Assembly (NCBI GenBank): GCA_902767245.1
Contig: CACXGO010000002.1
Span: 6,343 to 70,342 of the forward strand
Direction of reading: 5' to 3'
Length of the DNA stretch: 64,000 nucleotides
Source of the DNA: an uncultured Erysipelotrichaceae bacterium
GTDB lineage: Bacteria > Bacillota_I > Bacilli_A > RF39 > UBA660
The notes below the pieces were generated by a model. That model did not search any database, was not told where the DNA came from, and was given only the letters and a program-made list of their open reading frames with translations. Numbering within the stretch: position 1 is the stretch's first letter; each line of letters opens with the position of its first letter. A program made the position numbers and the translations under genes. Below, piece by piece: positions 31,772 to 40,564 of the stretch.

Positions 31772-32047
31772 ATGGATAAAGAAAGTATAAATCATTCAAT
31801 AAATATAACTGAAAGAAAAAGTATTGCTTTGACAGGTGTAAAAAAAATTGATAGTTTTAATAGCAATGAATTTTTGCTTGATTCTAATATGGGTTATATA
31901 ACTTTAAAAGGTTCCAATTTAGAGATTGTTAAACTTGACACTTTTCAAGGAAATGTTTCAATTAAAGGAACAATTAATAGTTTAAGTTATAGTGATAAAT
32001 ATAATAAACAAAAAGATGAATCAATTTTTAATAAGTTATTTAAATGA
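31772..32047 (+). CDS. yabP: sporulation protein YabP
   Basis: ITERKSIALTGVKKIDSFNSNEF...LKGSNLEI matches the YabP family pattern. Confidence 0.8.
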   Translation: MDKESINHSINITERKSIALTGVKKIDSFNSNEFLLDSNMGYITLKGSNLEIVKLDTFQGNVSIKGTINSLSYSDKYNKQKDESIFNKLFK

Positions 32048-32313
32048 CATTAAGTGTTCAAATTAAAACAATTATATTTTCATTTTTAATAGGATTAACT
32101 GCTTATTTTTTAAGAATCCTATTTTATAGAAAAATATATCATAAAAATAAAATTATTAGGTTTGTTTCATCTTTTATCTATATTGAATTTTTGTTTTTTA
32201 TTTATATTAAATGTTCATATATTATAAATAATTTATGTATTCACTTTTATTCAATATTTTTTTTAATCTTTGGTTATTTAATAGCATTTTTTTATTTAAA
32301 AAACATTGTATAA
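32044..32313 (+). CDS. yabQ: spore cortex biosynthesis protein YabQ-like
   Basis: 89-aa three-TM protein overlapping the yabP stop, in the position yabQ occupies in Bacillus and Clostridium. Confidence 0.6.
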   Translation: MTLSVQIKTIIFSFLIGLTAYFLRILFYRKIYHKNKIIRFVSSFIYIEFLFFIYIKCSYIINNLCIHFYSIFFLIFGYLIAFFYLKNIV

Positions 32314-32358
32314 CATAAAAATATGTGATATTATTTTAGTGATTGAAGGTCTGAAAAT

Positions 32359-33090
32359 ATGGAAAAAGATAATAAAGTCACATTAATATCAATAATACTT
32401 GCACTTGTTTGCATAGGAATTTTAGGTTATTTTATTTATTTTAAACTTAATAAACCAATAGTTAAACAGCCGGAAGAAAAACCAGAAAAAACTGAAGAAA
32501 AAGAAAATACAAGCGAAAATAATGAGCAAGTTGAACAAGTTAATTATGAAGAAATTGCTAAAAGTTTATATGCAATAATTGGAACTAATCCTGAGTTTAG
32601 AGCAAATGAAATAGTTACTTATGAGTCTCTTCCTGAAAGTGTAAGAGATATGGTTGTTTTAAATAAATTAAGTGATAAATGTGAGAATTTAATAAATTAT
32701 GATAAAGAGCAATATTTATCCGAGTATAAAAACATATTTAATCAAGATAAAATAAACGAAGATGGATTATGTAAAGTAATTAATAATGTTTATCAATGTG
32801 AACGCTATTGTGATGAATTTAATACTAGAATTTATAATAAATTCTCTCACTTTGAGACAGAAGAAGACAAGATAATCATATATGAAACAGCTGGGCATAT
32901 TCATTATGCTGATGATAGTAAAATTTATCTTGAAGAACATGAAAATGATAGTAGTGCAATTGCATCATTTGATTCAATTGATGAGTTGATGAACTCAACA
33001 GTTGAATACAAATTACCAACTTATAAACATGTATTTGAAAAAGGTGAAACAGGGTACTATTGGGTATCAAGTGAGCTTGTAAAGCAATAA
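32359..33090 (+). CDS. membrane-anchored hypothetical protein
   Basis: N-terminal TM helix, an acidic/Pro linker and a Cys-containing domain. It sits between yabQ and divIC. Confidence 0.5.
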   Translation: MEKDNKVTLISIILALVCIGILGYFIYFKLNKPIVKQPEEKPEKTEEKENTSENNEQVEQVNYEEIAKSLYAIIGTNPEFRANEIVTYESLPESVRDMVVLNKLSDKCENLINYDKEQYLSEYKNIFNQDKINEDGLCKVINNVYQCERYCDEFNTRIYNKFSHFETEEDKIIIYETAGHIHYADDSKIYLEEHENDSSAIASFDSIDELMNSTVEYKLPTYKHVFEKGETGYYWVSSELVKQ

Positions 33091-33107
33091 TTTTATTGCT
33101 TTTTTTT
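33083..33107 (+). terminator. rho-independent terminator
   Basis: AGCAATA..TATTGCT followed by T8. Confidence 0.7.
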
Positions 33108-33145
33108 ATTATTTTTATGTTATAATAACTTTAGAGGATACAGAA

Positions 33146-33595
33146 ATGAAAAAGAAAAGAAGACTTAAACCTAAAATTCGTATGCTTTTAACTTTTGCCG
33201 TAGCCATAGTTTTATTTGGCTATGTTTCTTTTAGTGTTATAAATTATGGCTTTTCTAAAAATAAATATGAAGCTGAAACAAAAAACTTAGAGGAAAAATT
33301 ACACAAGTTAAAAGATGAGGAAACAGATTTAAATCAAGAGATAAGTAAACTTAAAGATGATGATTATTTAGCAAGATATGCTCGTGAAGAGTACCTATAT
33401 TCTAAAAAAGGAGAATATGTTATTAAATTAGAAGATGATACTAAAAATGATGAAAATATTAAAAGTAATGGAAATGAAAAACCAAATTACAAAATGGTAT
33501 TTATTATAGTAGGTATAATTATAGCACTTGCATTTTTGATATTAATAATAAAAACCTTAATAAATAGCAAAAAAAAGAAAGTTATTGAAAAATAA
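33146..33595 (+). CDS. divIC: septum formation initiator family protein (DivIC/FtsB)
   Basis: N-terminal TM helix, a coiled coil, and DDDYLARYAREEYLYSKKGE typical of DivIC/FtsB. It also has an extra C-terminal TM helix. Confidence 0.7.
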   Translation: MKKKRRLKPKIRMLLTFAVAIVLFGYVSFSVINYGFSKNKYEAETKNLEEKLHKLKDEETDLNQEISKLKDDDYLARYAREEYLYSKKGEYVIKLEDDTKNDENIKSNGNEKPNYKMVFIIVGIIIALAFLILIIKTLINSKKKKVIEK

Positions 33596-33601
33596 CTTTT
33601 T

Positions 33602-34129
33602 TTATAATTTTAAATTATCAGAATTTTTTAAAATGTTTTTATTGTCATAGTAATTTCGATCTTTATAACCACATATCATTGCTACTAAATTACTTGGAAA
33701 TTTATGCCTTAAACGATTATAATCTGTGGTAACATCATTATAATATTTGCGATAAGCAAGTAGTTCAGCTTCTGTTTCTTTTAAAACACCATCTATTTTT
33801 TGAAATTCGTCATCTTTTATTCTACTTTTATATGAATCAAATTCGTTAATTGCTTGATAAAGAGAACGATCTAAATCGAAATTACTCATCTTTTTTGAAT
33901 GCAAATCCTCAATAATTGGCATAGGATTCTCATCAGGTAATTCTTTTTTTATAACTGAAATTGATTTATTTAATAAATCAAATCTTTTTCTTAAAACATT
34001 GTCAATGTCACTTTCAACTTCATTAATCCTAATTAAATTTTCCTGAAATCTATTATAAATACTTACAAATCCAATTGAAAGCAAACATATAATAGCTATT
34101 ATAATACATATTATTGTTAATGTATCCAT
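33602..34129 (-). CDS. lemA: LemA family protein
   Basis: N-terminal TM helix, then YNRFQ...V.....I.......R.DL and YYND..T.YN motifs. Confidence 0.8.
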   Translation of the reverse strand: MDTLTIICIIIAIICLLSIGFVSIYNRFQENLIRINEVESDIDNVLRKRFDLLNKSISVIKKELPDENPMPIIEDLHSKKMSNFDLDRSLYQAINEFDSYKSRIKDDEFQKIDGVLKETEAELLAYRKYYNDVTTDYNRLRHKFPSNLVAMICGYKDRNYYDNKNILKNSDNLKL

Positions 34130-34233
34130 ACGCTTATCACCTAGTTTAATTATAGCAAATTATGTCGAATAATTCAATTTAAAATATAATTTATTTTAAT
34201 AAAAATTAGTTCGTGATATAATTTAAATAGGAG

Positions 34234-35238
34234 ATGATTATAGTGACAGTCAATTATGTACAAACTTTTAATATTATACCTAAAGTAATATTTGGAAATA
34301 AAGAATTATTTTTAAATGAAATTTTTATATCAAAAGAAAATATGCGTTCTTTTATAGAAAAAGATACTTATCTAAAAGCTTTAGAAAAATTAAATTATGA
34401 ATCATCAAATTTAGTAGTAGAATCTATTGATGAAATAAACGAAGATAATACTAAAATTATAAAAGTAAGTTTTTTTGATAATTATTTAGAAGAAAAAGAT
34501 GATTCTAAAATTTTGTTTTTTGTTTTGTTTAAAGGAACTTTAAGATACTTTAGAATAAATGGTGATAATTTTTTAAGTGAAATTGATATTAATACAAATA
34601 TAGAAGAAAAATATACGATAATTAATTTAAATGAAGCTATTAGTTTTATTATAAATAAACTTAACAATGAATTATATGTACCAGTTGGAATATCTGCTCG
34701 TCATGTTCATTTGTGTAAAGAAGATTTAGAAGTTTTATTTGGCAAGAATTTTGAATTAGAAGTCGATCGTTATTTAAGTCAAAAAGGTCAATTTGCTTCA
34801 AAACAAAAAGTAACTATTAAAACAGAAGCTGGTTATTTTGAAAATGTTCGTATCTTGGGACCACTTAGAAATTATACCCAAATAGAAATATCAAAGACAG
34901 ATTCATACAAATTAAAAATTAATCCACCAGTAAGAGATTCTGGTGATTTAGAAAGATCAGAAGGGATTACAATAGTTGGACCAGAAGGCGAAATAAAAAA
35001 AGAATATGGTTGCATTATTGCAGATCGCCATATTCATTTAAGTAACAATGATTTAACTAAGTATGATTTAGATAAAAATAAACTTTATAAAGTAAAAATA
35101 AAAGGTGAAAAAGGTGGTATTTTAGATAATGTTCATTTAAAAGTAGATGACAATTTTACATTTGAACTTCATCTTGATACTGATGATGCTAATGCCTTTT
35201 TAATCCAAAATGGAGACAAATTAGAGATTATTAAATAA
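34234..35238 (+). CDS. pduL: phosphate propanoyl/acetyltransferase PduL with an ~145-aa N-terminal extension
   Basis: Duplicated PduL motifs VPVGISARHVHL and IIADRHIHLS. The start is uncertain: ATG 34234 abuts the SD, and GTG 34243 is an alternative. Confidence 0.75.
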   Translation: MIIVTVNYVQTFNIIPKVIFGNKELFLNEIFISKENMRSFIEKDTYLKALEKLNYESSNLVVESIDEINEDNTKIIKVSFFDNYLEEKDDSKILFFVLFKGTLRYFRINGDNFLSEIDINTNIEEKYTIINLNEAISFIINKLNNELYVPVGISARHVHLCKEDLEVLFGKNFELEVDRYLSQKGQFASKQKVTIKTEAGYFENVRILGPLRNYTQIEISKTDSYKLKINPPVRDSGDLERSEGITIVGPEGEIKKEYGCIIADRHIHLSNNDLTKYDLDKNKLYKVKIKGEKGGILDNVHLKVDDNFTFELHLDTDDANAFLIQNGDKLEIIK

Positions 35239-35246
35239 TCTCTTTT

Positions 35247-37157
35247 TTAGTTTTTGGGTTCAGTACCTTTTATGTAGTAAAGAACACTCTTTTTAGTCGA
35301 TTCATTTGTTGCAATTTTACCATTTTTAGTGTCAATTAAAACTCCAACAACACTATCCGGTTGTTTGTACCAAGTTGGATTTTTTTCCTTTAAATAACTT
35401 TCAACTGTATCTGCCCATACATATTTACTAGCTAAAGACTCTTTTGAGGTTGTTTTTTTATTGTCATCATATCCAACCCAAACTCCCATTAAAATATCTT
35501 GATTATAACCAAAAATAAGATTATCAGTATCGGTAGAACCGGTTTTGATGGCATATTTTTTAGTTATTTTTGGAATTAAACTTGTACAAGTTGGATAACT
35601 ATAAGAAATAAATGCTGTTGAAGTACAATTAGCAAGCATACTATTTAGAATAAATATTTTATCTTTTTCAAGTATTTTTTCTTCCTTACTTGGATGCATA
35701 TATATGATATTTCCATTTATATCTTCAATATGATCAATAAAATATGGTTCAATTTGAATTCCTTCATTAGCAAGAACCTGATAGCCAGTAATCATTTTAA
35801 TAAGAGGTATTTCTTCACTACCAAGTGCAAGAGAAGGAATTTTATTTAAAGAATCGCTTATTTTTAATTTTTTTGCAATTTCAACTAATTTGTCTTCACC
35901 TAAGAAAAGATGCGTTTTGATAGCATAAATATTATCTGAAAGTACAATTGCTGATGCTAAAGTTATTTCATCTTCAGCGTATAAATTTCCATAGTTTTTA
36001 GGACTATATGTTTGATTCTCTGAAAAAACAAAAGTTGTTCTTTCACTTGTAAATGTAGTTGATGGGGTAAAACCACTATTCAAAGCTTGATAATATAAAA
36101 ATGGTTTTATAGTTGAGCCAACACTTCTTTTTGCATCAATTGCTCGGTTATATTCAGATTTATAATAATTTTTTCCACCAGTTAATGCAAGTATTTTCCC
36201 CGTACTTGGTTCTACAACAATTGAAGCAATCTGCAAATCGTTTAGTTTTGCTAAGTTTTTATTAATGCTATTTTCTAAAGTTTTTTGCACATCTAAATTT
36301 AAATTGGTATATATTTTTAAACTACCAGCGTCTAAAAATGATTTAGGTATTGTTTTTATATTATCTAATTCTTTATTAACGGCATCTTGATAGTACATAA
36401 TAGTTTTCAAATAATTACTATTTTTATTTCCTACTAAAACAAGTTCTTCATTGAAAGCATCATTCATTTCTTTTTCAGTTATTATTCTATTTTTTAACAT
36501 CATTTTTAAAATTTCTTTTTGTCTTTTTTTGGCATTTTCAAAATTATTAATTGGTTCAAATTTTGCTGGCCATTTAGGTATTCCAGCAAGCAAGGATGCT
36601 TCTGCTAAAGAAAGATTACTTGCACTTTTATTAAAATAGTATTTTGAAGCATTTTCAATCCCAAAAATATTGCCATAATTAATAGTGTTTAAGTATCCTT
36701 CTAATATTTGATCTTTTGAATAGTGAGCTTCAAGACGAATTGTCAGCCAAGCTTCTTTTAATTTTCTAGAAACATTTTTGTCAAAATTTAAAAATAAATT
36801 TTTCACATATTGTTGTGAAATTGTTGAAGCTCCACTTATGGTTTTTTGATGTTTTAAATTAATCCACAAAGCTTTAACAATTCTTGGATAATCAAATCCA
36901 TCATGTTTATAAAAATTTTTATCTTCAGCTGCTAAAGTAGCATTGATTAGGTTTGGTGAAACATTTCCCAGTTTTATCCATTCTCGTGTTGTTCCTGTAA
37001 ATAGATTACTATTAGAGTCATAATAATATATGCCACTAGCATCATTGACATTTAAAGGAGGCATAAAAAAAGCAATTAAATGTAAACCTAAATAAACAGA
37101 AATACATCCAACTACTATGATTAAGCTAGATATTCTAATAAATTTTTTTAAGTTCAT
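35247..37157 (-). CDS. class A penicillin-binding protein (GT51 transglycosylase plus transpeptidase)
   Basis: EDKNFYKHDGFD and RKLKE (GT51). SxxK (GSTIKP), SxN (LSDN) and KTG(ST) transpeptidase motifs. N-terminal TM anchor. Confidence 0.9.
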   Translation of the reverse strand: MNLKKFIRISSLIIVVGCISVYLGLHLIAFFMPPLNVNDASGIYYYDSNSNLFTGTTREWIKLGNVSPNLINATLAAEDKNFYKHDGFDYPRIVKALWINLKHQKTISGASTISQQYVKNLFLNFDKNVSRKLKEAWLTIRLEAHYSKDQILEGYLNTINYGNIFGIENASKYYFNKSASNLSLAEASLLAGIPKWPAKFEPINNFENAKKRQKEILKMMLKNRIITEKEMNDAFNEELVLVGNKNSNYLKTIMYYQDAVNKELDNIKTIPKSFLDAGSLKIYTNLNLDVQKTLENSINKNLAKLNDLQIASIVVEPSTGKILALTGGKNYYKSEYNRAIDAKRSVGSTIKPFLYYQALNSGFTPSTTFTSERTTFVFSENQTYSPKNYGNLYAEDEITLASAIVLSDNIYAIKTHLFLGEDKLVEIAKKLKISDSLNKIPSLALGSEEIPLIKMITGYQVLANEGIQIEPYFIDHIEDINGNIIYMHPSKEEKILEKDKIFILNSMLANCTSTAFISYSYPTCTSLIPKITKKYAIKTGSTDTDNLIFGYNQDILMGVWVGYDDNKKTTSKESLASKYVWADTVESYLKEKNPTWYKQPDSVVGVLIDTKNGKIATNESTKKSVLYYIKGTEPKN

Positions 37158-37247
37158 AATATCCCTCATAAATATTATTAATAAATTTATAAAAAATATG
37201 AGTTATTTTTTTATTATTGTGTTATAATCAATGAAATTGGTGATTAT

Positions 37248-37619
37248 ATGTCAAAAATAAAAATAAAGATGAAATTAAAAAATTCTAAAGAAGATTTAGA
37301 AAAAGAAATAATTGGTTTAAAAAGAGGTAACAAAATTCATTTTGTTGATGATAAGGTAAAAGTAACAATTACATTAGATGAAGTTGTAACAATGCGAAGA
37401 AACTCAGATGAATATGAAATAATTTTAAACTTCAAAGAAGGTGAAAAATTAAAGGGAATTTATGATTTAAAAAAAATGAATTATAATTTACCTATTGACA
37501 TCAAAACAAATAAAATGTATATTGGTAGCGGTCAATTTAAAGTTGATTATGAAATTACCAGTGACAATATAAAAATGGATACATTTTTATTTGAATTAAA
37601 TTATGAGGTGATAGAGTGA
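37248..37619 (+). CDS. DUF1934 (YwiB-like) protein
   Basis: 123-aa beta-rich protein directly upstream of and overlapping argS, the conserved Firmicute arrangement. Confidence 0.6.
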   Translation: MSKIKIKMKLKNSKEDLEKEIIGLKRGNKIHFVDDKVKVTITLDEVVTMRRNSDEYEIILNFKEGEKLKGIYDLKKMNYNLPIDIKTNKMYIGSGQFKVDYEITSDNIKMDTFLFELNYEVIE

Positions 37620-39214
37620 GAAATTATTTGAAAAACATAACAAAAGAAGCAATTTCTAAACTTGAAATAGATTATAATGATGATATTGTTATTGATGTTC
37701 CAACCAAAAAAGGTTTTGGGGACTATACAACTAATATTGCATTAAAACTAGCAAGCACTTTAAACACGAATTCAAGAGAACTTGCAAATAGTATTGTAAA
37801 TGAAATTCAAGATGAGAAAATCGATCATGTTGAAGTCGCAGGACCAGGTTTTATAAATTTTTATTTAAAAAATGACTATTTATTTGAAAATTTGAATAAA
37901 ATAATTACTGAACCAAATTATGGTAAGAGTAATATTGGGAATGGCCAAAAAATAAACATTGAATATGTTAGCGCTAATCCAACTGGGACTTTACATTTGG
38001 GTCATGCAAGAGGGGCTGCCTATGGCGATTCACTTGCACGTATTATGAAATATGCTAGTTATGAGGTAACTCGTGAGTACTATATTAATGATGGTGGTAA
38101 TCAAATTAATAATTTGATTACTTCAATAGATGCAAGATATCAAGAGTTAAAAGGAATAGAAATAGAATTTCCAGAAGATGGATATCATGGAGTGGAAATA
38201 ATTGAAATTGCAAAAGAATTATTGAAGAAATATCCAGATAATGTTTCAAAAGAAATTATTCATGAATATGGAATGAATTATTTGTTAAATAATATTAAAG
38301 CAGATTTAAAAAAATTTAATGTTGAATTTGATATTTGGTCTTCAGAAAAAAAACTTTATGAAAATAAAGCCGTTGAAAAAGCTTTAAATACTCTTAAAGA
38401 TAATGGTTATACATATGAAGCAGAAGATGCTTTATGGCTTAAAACAACTGAATTTGGTGATGAAAAAGACCGTGTTTTAGTAAAAAATGATGGTAATTAT
38501 ACATATTTATTACCAGATATTGCATATCATATGGACAAATTATCAAGAGGATATGATAAGTTGATTGACGTTTTTGGCGCTGATCATCACGGGTATATTC
38601 CACGTCTTAAAGCTTCAATTCAAATGATGGGTGGAGATAGTAATAAACTTGACGTTCAAATTTTGCAAATGGTTCGTTTACTTCAAGGTGGCGAAGAAAT
38701 AAAAATGAGCAAAAGAACAGGTAAAGTTGTTACTTTAAATGAACTTGTAGATGAGGTTGGGGTTGATGCTTCAAGATACATTTTTACTTCAAAATCACTT
38801 GATACACAGCTTGATTTTGATATGGATATAGCAACTAAACATAATAATGAAAACCCTGTTTATTATATTCAATACGCATACGCAAGAATTTGCTCAATAT
38901 TAGGTGATTATAGTGGCGAAATAAAAACTCGTGAATATCATAATTTGAACTCAAGTTATGTTTTAGATATCTTAAGTAAAATGTATGAGTTTGAAAACAC
39001 TATAAGTGTTGCAGCAAGTAAGTTTATGCCACACTTAATTACAAATTATGTTTATGATCTTGCAACTTTGTTTCATACTTTTTATGCTCATGAGCATGTA
39101 TTAACTGATAACTTAGAAAAAACAGCAGAATATATTAATTTAATTAAAGCTGTGTCAATAATTATTAAAAAGTCACTTGAATTAATTGGTGTTCAAGTAT
39201 ATGAAAAAATGTAG
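37616..39214 (+). CDS. argS: arginine--tRNA ligase
   Basis: SANPTGTLHLGHAR (HIGH) and MSKRTG (KMSK) motifs. GTG start. Confidence 0.95.
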   Translation: MRNYLKNITKEAISKLEIDYNDDIVIDVPTKKGFGDYTTNIALKLASTLNTNSRELANSIVNEIQDEKIDHVEVAGPGFINFYLKNDYLFENLNKIITEPNYGKSNIGNGQKINIEYVSANPTGTLHLGHARGAAYGDSLARIMKYASYEVTREYYINDGGNQINNLITSIDARYQELKGIEIEFPEDGYHGVEIIEIAKELLKKYPDNVSKEIIHEYGMNYLLNNIKADLKKFNVEFDIWSSEKKLYENKAVEKALNTLKDNGYTYEAEDALWLKTTEFGDEKDRVLVKNDGNYTYLLPDIAYHMDKLSRGYDKLIDVFGADHHGYIPRLKASIQMMGGDSNKLDVQILQMVRLLQGGEEIKMSKRTGKVVTLNELVDEVGVDASRYIFTSKSLDTQLDFDMDIATKHNNENPVYYIQYAYARICSILGDYSGEIKTREYHNLNSSYVLDILSKMYEFENTISVAASKFMPHLITNYVYDLATLFHTFYAHEHVLTDNLEKTAEYINLIKAVSIIIKKSLELIGVQVYEKM

Positions 39215-39223
39215 GAGGAATAT

Positions 39224-39661
39224 ATGAAACTAACTGATATGACAAAAGAAGAACTAAGTTTACTTACTTATGTAGAAATTGCATACCGTTATTTAAAGGA
39301 AAACAAAAAAACTTTGAAAACTCCAGATTTATTTAGAAAAGTATGCGATTTGCTTGGATTTAATGATAGTCAATATGCAAGCAAAATAGGGGACTTTTAT
39401 ACATCTTTAACAATGGATAAAAGATTTATTGTTTTAGATAATAATGAATGGGATTTAAGAGAAAATCATTCAGTTGAAATTGTTTTAGATGATGAAGATG
39501 ATGCTGAAGATATTTCAGAAGAAGAAACAGATGAAGAGCCAGAAGAAGAAACAGATGAAGAATCTTTAGAAAATGTTGACGACTCAATTGATTCGGATTT
39601 AGATGATGAAGACGATTTAGATGATCTTACAATCATTGATGAGGATGAAGAAACAGAATAG
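39224..39661 (+). CDS. rpoE: DNA-directed RNA polymerase delta subunit
   Basis: HARE-HTH-like N-terminus (LSLLTYVEIAYRYL...FYTSLTMDKRFI) and a long Asp/Glu tail. Confidence 0.85.
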   Translation: MKLTDMTKEELSLLTYVEIAYRYLKENKKTLKTPDLFRKVCDLLGFNDSQYASKIGDFYTSLTMDKRFIVLDNNEWDLRENHSVEIVLDDEDDAEDISEEETDEEPEEETDEESLENVDDSIDSDLDDEDDLDDLTIIDEDEETE

Positions 39662-39717
39662 CAGTAATGCTATTTTTTGTTGTCAAAAAAAATTTATAGT
39701 ATTATAATTAATATGTT

Positions 39718-39793
39718 GCTGGAATAGCTTAGTTGGTAGAGCAGCTCCCTCGTAAAGAGCAGGTCGTAGGTTCGACTCCTATTTCCAGCACCA
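39718..39793 (+). tRNA. tRNA-Thr (anticodon CGT)
   Basis: Cloverleaf folded by hand: acceptor GCTGGAA/TTCCAGC, anticodon loop CTCGTAA, TPsiC GGTTCGACTCC, encoded CCA. Confidence 0.85.
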
Positions 39794-39796
39794 TTT

Positions 39797-39872
<76 letters not shown>

Positions 39873-39882
39873 TATGAATATG

Positions 39883-39905
39883 AGAACTTTAAAAAGTTCT
39901 TTTTT
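39883..39905 (+). terminator. rho-independent terminator
   Basis: AGAACTT..AAGTTCT followed by T6. Confidence 0.8.
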
Positions 39906-39953
39906 ATTACAAAAAAATCGTGATATAATCTAAGTATATATTGGAGGTATAAA

Positions 39954-40472
39954 ATGAACGATTTAAAAAAGTATAGCGATGAAGAGATAGTAGAACTAAT
40001 AAAAAAAGGTGAAGTAACTGTTGCAGATATTGTGGACTCAGGAATATGCCCTACATGTTTTGATAAGGGAAATAATCATGTCTTATATGGTAATAACGAA
40101 GACAAAATGATTTTTGAAGATGATGATTTTGAATGCTTTTTAGTAGGGAATCCAAGAGCTGAAGGTCATGCTGCTATAAGTACAAAGAAGCATTTTAAAG
40201 ATATGATGGAAATTGATGATGAAATATGCAAAAAAGTGTTTTTATTATCAAAAAAACTGATGATTTTAATAAAAGAAATATACAAAGCAGAAAGTGTATA
40301 TTTGTGTACGATGTGTGATGGACCAATGAATCATTTCCATGTACAATTAATACCTAGATATTCTTTTGAAAAAAGAGGGTCAAAGAATTTTGTAAAACCA
40401 AGATTTGATTATAAAGAAAATAAAGAAAAATTGAATCAATTGCGTGAAAAGATGTTAATAGTAAAAATATAA
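39954..40472 (+). CDS. HIT family protein
   Basis: Histidine triad variant NHFHVQLIPR and GHAAISTKKH. N-terminal CPTC. Confidence 0.65.
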   Translation: MNDLKKYSDEEIVELIKKGEVTVADIVDSGICPTCFDKGNNHVLYGNNEDKMIFEDDDFECFLVGNPRAEGHAAISTKKHFKDMMEIDDEICKKVFLLSKKLMILIKEIYKAESVYLCTMCDGPMNHFHVQLIPRYSFEKRGSKNFVKPRFDYKENKEKLNQLREKMLIVKI

Positions 40473-40564
40473 TTTAATTTTTTAATTTATCTTTATTTTA
40501 TAAGACAATTTTAATTATTCGTGTTATAATTATTACAAATGTTTATTTTATTGGAGGAATTATT

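Noticed and set aside
39480-39660. A GAT/GAA-rich repetitive stretch.
   Set aside because: It is the in-frame acidic C-terminal tail characteristic of the RNA polymerase delta subunit.
40473-40564. I looked for T-box leaders upstream of leuS, and upstream of DUF1934-argS at 37170-37247.
   Set aside because: The leaders are only ~40-90 nt long. They have no specifier-loop, T-box sequence or terminator/antiterminator alternative, so they are too short for a T-box riboswitch.
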